Positions 59,156 through 64,000 of a stretch of 64,000 nucleotides of DNA are shown piece by piece. This stretch comes from Eledone cirrhosa. Taxonomy: Eukaryota. The notes below the pieces were generated by a model, which saw nothing but the letters and a program-made list of their open reading frames with translations, ran no database searches and was not told the origin of the DNA. The translations under genes and the position numbers were made by a program. The stretch lies in NCBI GenBank assembly GCA_964016885.1, contig OZ024740.1, forward strand, positions 278,256,001 through 278,320,000, read 5' to 3'. Each line of letters starts with the position of its first letter. The first letter of the stretch is position 1.

Positions 59156-59757
59156 TAATAAAATAATGAATAAACAAAGAAACAGTTCCTTATATTAAAA
59201 AAATTCATCATTTTACGATCGTTTCTAGGATATATATGTGTTAGAGTTGGTATGCATATTCTATAGATCTATGTACAATATTTATACAAACTATCAGAGG
59301 GAATATACATACCTACACATATATATGCTGTCTTCAGAAATAATGATATTTGTTTATTGAAAAAAACAAAGATTCAATACAATAGGTCTGTTTGGGAACA
59401 GGTTTTGAAACTGAAATCTACCTTCCTCTACCCATAATTTAAGGTTCTTCTACTACTATATTACTATCTTAACCCTCACTATCTCTCTATTGGTCAATTC
59501 AAAACATGTTCCCAAACAGACCTATTGTATTGAATCTTTGTTTTTTTCAATAAACAAATATCATTATTTCTGAAGACAGCATATATATGTGTAGGTATGT
59601 ATATTCCCTCTGATAGTTTGTATAAATATTGTACATAGATCTATAGAATATGCATACCAACTCTAACACATATATATCCTAGAAACGATCGTAAAATGAT
59701 GAATTTGTTTAATATCAGGGACTGTTTCTTTGTTTATTCATTATTTTATTAATTTAT
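59150..59757. repeat. Inverted repeat (~260-bp near-identical arms, ~90-bp spacer)
   Basis: 59150-59410 is the reverse complement of 59499-59757. Confidence 0.95.
59562..59701 (+). ncRNA. Hammerhead motif with 105-nt extended helix II; mirror copy at 59206-59345 (-)
   Basis: CATTATTT-CTGAAGA-[105 nt: ATATATATGTGT/ACACATATATAT and GGTATGTATATTC/GAATATGCATACC pairs]-GAAA-CGATCG-TA-AAATGATG. Confidence 0.72.
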
Positions 59758-59888
59758 CTTGACTCTGTTTTCCGTTTATTTTTCACCGAAAGTAATTTTT
59801 GAATGCATCTTGTCTTTTCTTGATATCGGGATTACATTGAGTTCTTCATACGGATTGGACACTACCGTAAACTTTTGGTAGATTTATC

Positions 59889-59923
<35 letters not shown>

Positions 59924-60147
59924 ATAATAATAAATTTGAAGACTAAAGTCCAAAGAGAGCTCGATAAGGATAAATATATATCAAATATATAAGAACGGTA
60001 GAGCAAATATTTATCAAATAACAGATTAAAGTTTAAGCAAAGAATCGCTGCTTTCACCCTTAACGGGATCTTCTGGAACTAACAAAGTCAATCTGTAAAC
60101 GCAGAAGTGGATATTTCAAAAAACGTTGCAACCGGATGGAGACAGGA

Positions 60148-60480
60148 AGACGATACTTTGGTTCGTGGAAACGTTCGCTGGCAAAGAACGGGAAAAAACG
60201 AATATAATACGTCATTAATAGGAGCGGTGAAAAACAATTACGCTCAAAGACAGAACCACGTCTATGGTATAAAAGAGGTCGTAGACTAATGTTCTCTTAG
60301 GTGGTTCATAGAGACGTTCTCTGGCAATGAACGAAAAAAACGAAGATAATACTTCTGCTATACCATTTACGTGGTTTTGTCTTTGCGTGCTATTGTTCTC
60401 CACGCTCCACATATGACGTATTATCTTCGTTTTTTTCGTTCATTGCCAGAGAACGTTTCCACGAACCAAAGTATCGTCTT
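60148..60480. repeat. Imperfect inverted repeat (~130-bp arms) with a third partial copy in the spacer
   Basis: AAGACGATACTTTGGTTCGTGGAAACGTTC is mirrored at 60451-60480. 60314-60352 mirrors 60419-60457. Confidence 0.85.
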
Positions 60481-61039
60481 ACCATAAGTAATTACTTTTT
60501 TTAAAAAGAAAACAACATAGCACGAACCCCCCAAAAAACATTTATTTTTAACCATAAGAAGTATGTGTTGTTCGATGTAAAAACGGTAAAATGTTATGGC
60601 ATATGAAAGGTGAATGAGTGTAAAAGTGTGACTTTGACACGGTGAAGCTCCAAACGCGAACTATGCCACAAGGAAGTCAGCAGCCCAAAAGTGAGTCACA
60701 TGGAATTTATGACAATAATGTGGGATGTTTGGCAATTCAGGGACTGAAGTGGTTGCGGCATGACGGAGATAATGTATGACGACTTTGAGTGAACGGTACA
60801 AATGATGGGGCTGCCATACGTTTGCTACAGTAGAAACATGTAAAATGTTTGTTATGCATTGCGTATGTGTAGGCATTCTAATGATTTATGTAGTTTGAAA
60901 TGCTTACCATTCTGTATAGTTGTGGCTGCCAATAGAAACTGTGACGTTGCTTTCCTTAGACTGATTGCAGTGACATAGACCAAACATGAAGGACGCTCAA
61001 AATTCCTCAACACAAATTCTGCACCAACCTCGATTGCAA

Positions 61040-61540
61040 AAGTAACAGAGAATAACGAATAGCGATTATTACGCCAAAAGAAAAATGCTGAAGCAACTTC
61101 TATTGCACGAGATGCAGAAAACGAAACACAACGTTCGATGCGACAGCAAATAAATGCTGAGGCAACTGCTGCTGTTTGAGGTGCAGAAAACGATTCTCAA
61201 CCCTCACTGCGACAGAAAGCAAATATTGAGGCAACGTCTATTGCAGGAGATGCAGAGAACGAACCACAGCATTCATTACGGTGGCATAGAAATGCTGAGG
61301 CAACTTCCGCAGCTCGAGCTGCATCAACCGAAACAAAGCGTCAACTGCGGCAGCAAAGAAATGGGAGTCAACTTACACAGCTCGAGCTGCATCAACCGAA
61401 ACACAGCGTCAACTGCGGCAGCAAAGGACTGTGAGTCAACGTCTGCTGTTTGAGCTGTATCAAGCGAAACACAGCGTCATCTGCGGCAGCAAAGACATCT
61501 GAATCAACGTCTGCTGCACGCGCTGGCGAATCCATGGAAA
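61040..61540 (+). pseudogene. 69-bp (23-aa) STPR-like coding repeats, probably a Helitron N-terminal remnant
   Basis: Units start at 61114, 61183, 61252 and 61321 (69-bp spacing, then 68). First unit reads AENETQRSMRQQINAEATAAV*G. Contains stops and frameshifts. Confidence 0.7.
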
Positions 61541-61719
61541 ACTGGCTCAACCAACCAGAGGGGAACGTGCATTTCAATACCGTGCAGCTCAAAGTGGTCA
61601 CAACGTTTACTGTCGAAAAGTATGGTGTTATGAATTTCAAAAAGGCAGTATGTCTACAATTTGGTAATTATTGAAAGCAGCGAGGTATTTGATTGCTAGA
61701 AGACGGTTTGTGTCGCAGT

Positions 61720-63754
61720 GTTGATTACAGAACTTCTTGGTACACAATGTTTGTGGTTTTACCGTTTGGAGCAAATGCATAAAGGTTTCTTTTGCTTCCC
61801 ACTCTGGAACATCCAACGTATAGCTGACCGTGCGAAAAGCTTGGTTTATTCCCGCGACGGACAATGTTTGCCCCTGAGACTTACTTATCGTCATAGCGAA
61901 ACTACAAGGAACTGGAAACTGGAGCCTCCTAAATGATCTTTGGGATAAAAACATTTTCCCCCTTTCCACACCCCGAGAGAATTGTCGCCTCGATCAAGTT
62001 TTGCGTTAGTTTATTTACTGTAAGGCGGGTGCCGTTGCAGAGTTTTGGTGGGTGTAGATTCCTCAAAAGCATAATTGGGCATCCTTGCTTAAGTTCCAAT
62101 CGATGAGATGGCAACCCGGTGGGGTTCAATGAGTTAAGAAACTCAATTGGGTAGTTAATGGGGTCTGGGACTGTATCGATGGACTTGTATGTACACGAAG
62201 CTATAGGAAGAGACTTAAGCAGTTGTCCGTTGATTTTGTCGACAGTCTCATTTTTCGGGGCCAGTATTGCCCTTTCGCACAGCCAGTTTGGATTTTGGTA
62301 GTTAGTGCTCAACTCAGGGAATACTGTATCTGTCAAGTCGTCAGCACTGTCGACTAAAGTGCAGACCGGTTCGAGGGAGATTTTTTCATCTTCATCAAGT
62401 GGCACTTTGGCGTTCCCAAGTGTCAATAGATTGGAAGCAAAATCTGATGACACTTGGTCACCAAGCATCCGAGCTCTCATGTTCGTAGAGAGCGTTAATG
62501 TTGTGACATAACGCCAAAGCGGAGATGACTTTAAGCATGCTCGAATAGCATCACCCCTTGTTCCTTTGGGAATAACAGGGAGGGTTTGTCTAAAATCTCC
62601 GGATAAAAGGACAGTCAGGCCTCCCATGGAATCCTGGGAGCATCTTATGTCTCTTAAAGTCCAGTCCAGTGCCTCCAAATCTCCTTTATGAGCCATGGTA
62701 CATTCGTCCCGAACTATAAGTTCACACCTTTTAAGCAGTTCTTCCTTTTCTGATCCTTTGGTAATATTACAGCAGGGTGTGTCATTTGCTGTCATATTGA
62801 GGAGGAGTTTGAAGGCTGAATGTGCTGTCCTGCCCCCAAGGTTGCTGCAATACCGGAAGATGCAACAGCAAGTGCTATGTGTCTGTATTGTCGAACCTTG
62901 GCAAGGAGAAGCCGTATGACAAAGGTCTTCCCTGTGCCTCCAGAGACGTCCAACAAAAAGATTTCTCCCGTACGACGATGGACACAGTCAGGAATAGTGT
63001 TATATACTCGTTTCTGTTCCTGCAGCAGCATTGGTTCATGTTCAGTGACATATGTAGCCAAGCTGTCAGTGTCGTAGGATAGTTCCCGAAGTATTTCTGC
63101 GGAAATGACGTCGGAGCCTGTTCTGTTCATTTGGCGTAGGCCATATGTCTGCAGTGCATTCCCACCCATTATATTTTCAATTTCAATAAGTGCTTTGTTG
63201 TAGATTTTATCTGTGAAGCCTACTTCCATGTCAGGAAGTTGTAATTGTGCTTGATGTCTGAAGTCCTCAGAGAGGTCATCTCTGTACTTGAGCCCCAAGA
63301 AGGAAGGATTGCTTCCTAAGGTTGTGTGGCATTTGTGAAACAACTGCTTCTGCCGAAGTGGCATCCCACTGAACACCATCTTCCAGTAGTCCACACCTGA
63401 GGCAGGCCTCTCTGTACGTGTCGCGAATTTGGCCATCAACAGTTCTTAGGTGTTGAAAACTAGTTGGTCCTCTTACGTCATGGAGAAGCATACGCAGGAA
63501 GTCTCATTCTTGGTAGATGGGGGGAGGCACTGTGTAAACTCGCGCCAGCAGTTTGAGTTTCGCGAAGGAAGGCTTTGGGGTATTTTTTGGAGCAAATACC
63601 GTTGTGCAAACACGAGGAGTTAGATTTGAAGCCACGTCCACAAGGACCGTGAACCATGTGCGCCGTAACCCTGTCAAATAGGGTTTTGTCAGTTTTCGGG
63701 TTTTGAAGCTCTGCGGATATAATCTTGTCGATGTCGTCTGCTCTGATTTTTGTC
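61720..63754 (-). mobile_element. Decayed Helitron Rep-helicase (PIF1-like), frameshifted and internally deleted
   Basis: IDKIISAEL..MVHGPCG, VRGPTSFQHLRTVDG..TYREAC, SGGTGKTF, AVASSGIAATL, DECTM, GDFRQTLPV, IMLLRNL..KLCNGTRL, FAMTISKSQGQTL. Confidence 0.93.
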
Positions 63755-64000
63755 AACCTCCTGCATCAAATCCTCTGCCTCCTTCACTGTATTTGTCACC
63801 AAAACTATGTCGTCGGCAAATTCAACATCTGATATCTTTTTCGCCTTAACTCTCCTGCTCTGAGCCAGTGCTACAGTAAAGCCAGAGTCCTGGTGTTTCT
63901 CCAGTGCAAGGCGCATACAATATTCCACTACGATGATAAAAAGGTAGGGAGACAATGTATCTCCCTGGAGCACTCCAGCCAGTATCTCAAAGAACTCTGT
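63755..64000 (-). mobile_element. RTE-type LINE reverse transcriptase fragment, continuing past the window edge
   Basis: GVLQGDTLSPYLFIIVV and DVEFADDIVL motifs. Abuts the Helitron. Confidence 0.88.

Noticed and set aside
60040-60080. Minus-strand CAGAAGA-TCCC..GGGT-GAAA hammerhead-like motif
   Set aside because: Core mismatch, and helices I and III cannot be closed.
61690-61720. CTAG as the Helitron 3' terminus
   Set aside because: No convincing GC-rich subterminal hairpin, and the next base is not the expected T.

Overview
This is AT-rich, microsatellite-saturated animal DNA, either intergenic or intronic. The SINE and microsatellite repertoire looks octopod/cephalopod (inference). I see no credible host protein-coding exon, and nearly all long ORFs are artefacts of (TA)n, (CA)n, (GA)n tracts or a 16-bp minisatellite. 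The window holds decayed mobile elements: two Helitron Rep/helicase remnants plus 23-aa STPR-like repeats, Penelope-like elements (PLEs) with RT and GIY-YIG pieces, Dong/R4, RTE and CRE-type LINE fragments, a possible mariner fragment, and about 25 copies of one tRNA-type SINE plus two other SINE families. The main hidden signal is RNA structure. About 18 type I hammerhead-ribozyme motifs from roughly 10 unrelated sequence families are readable by eye, most with a palindromic helix III. Many sit in large fold-back repeats embedded in (TA)n tracts. One family has a ~105-nt extended helix II whose fold, but not sequence, is conserved between two loci. A 2.3-kb 16-bp minisatellite runs in frame into a 5'-truncated PLE reverse transcriptase and appears to be built from that element's own sequence. 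All calls are by eye; no folding, alignment or database search was run.
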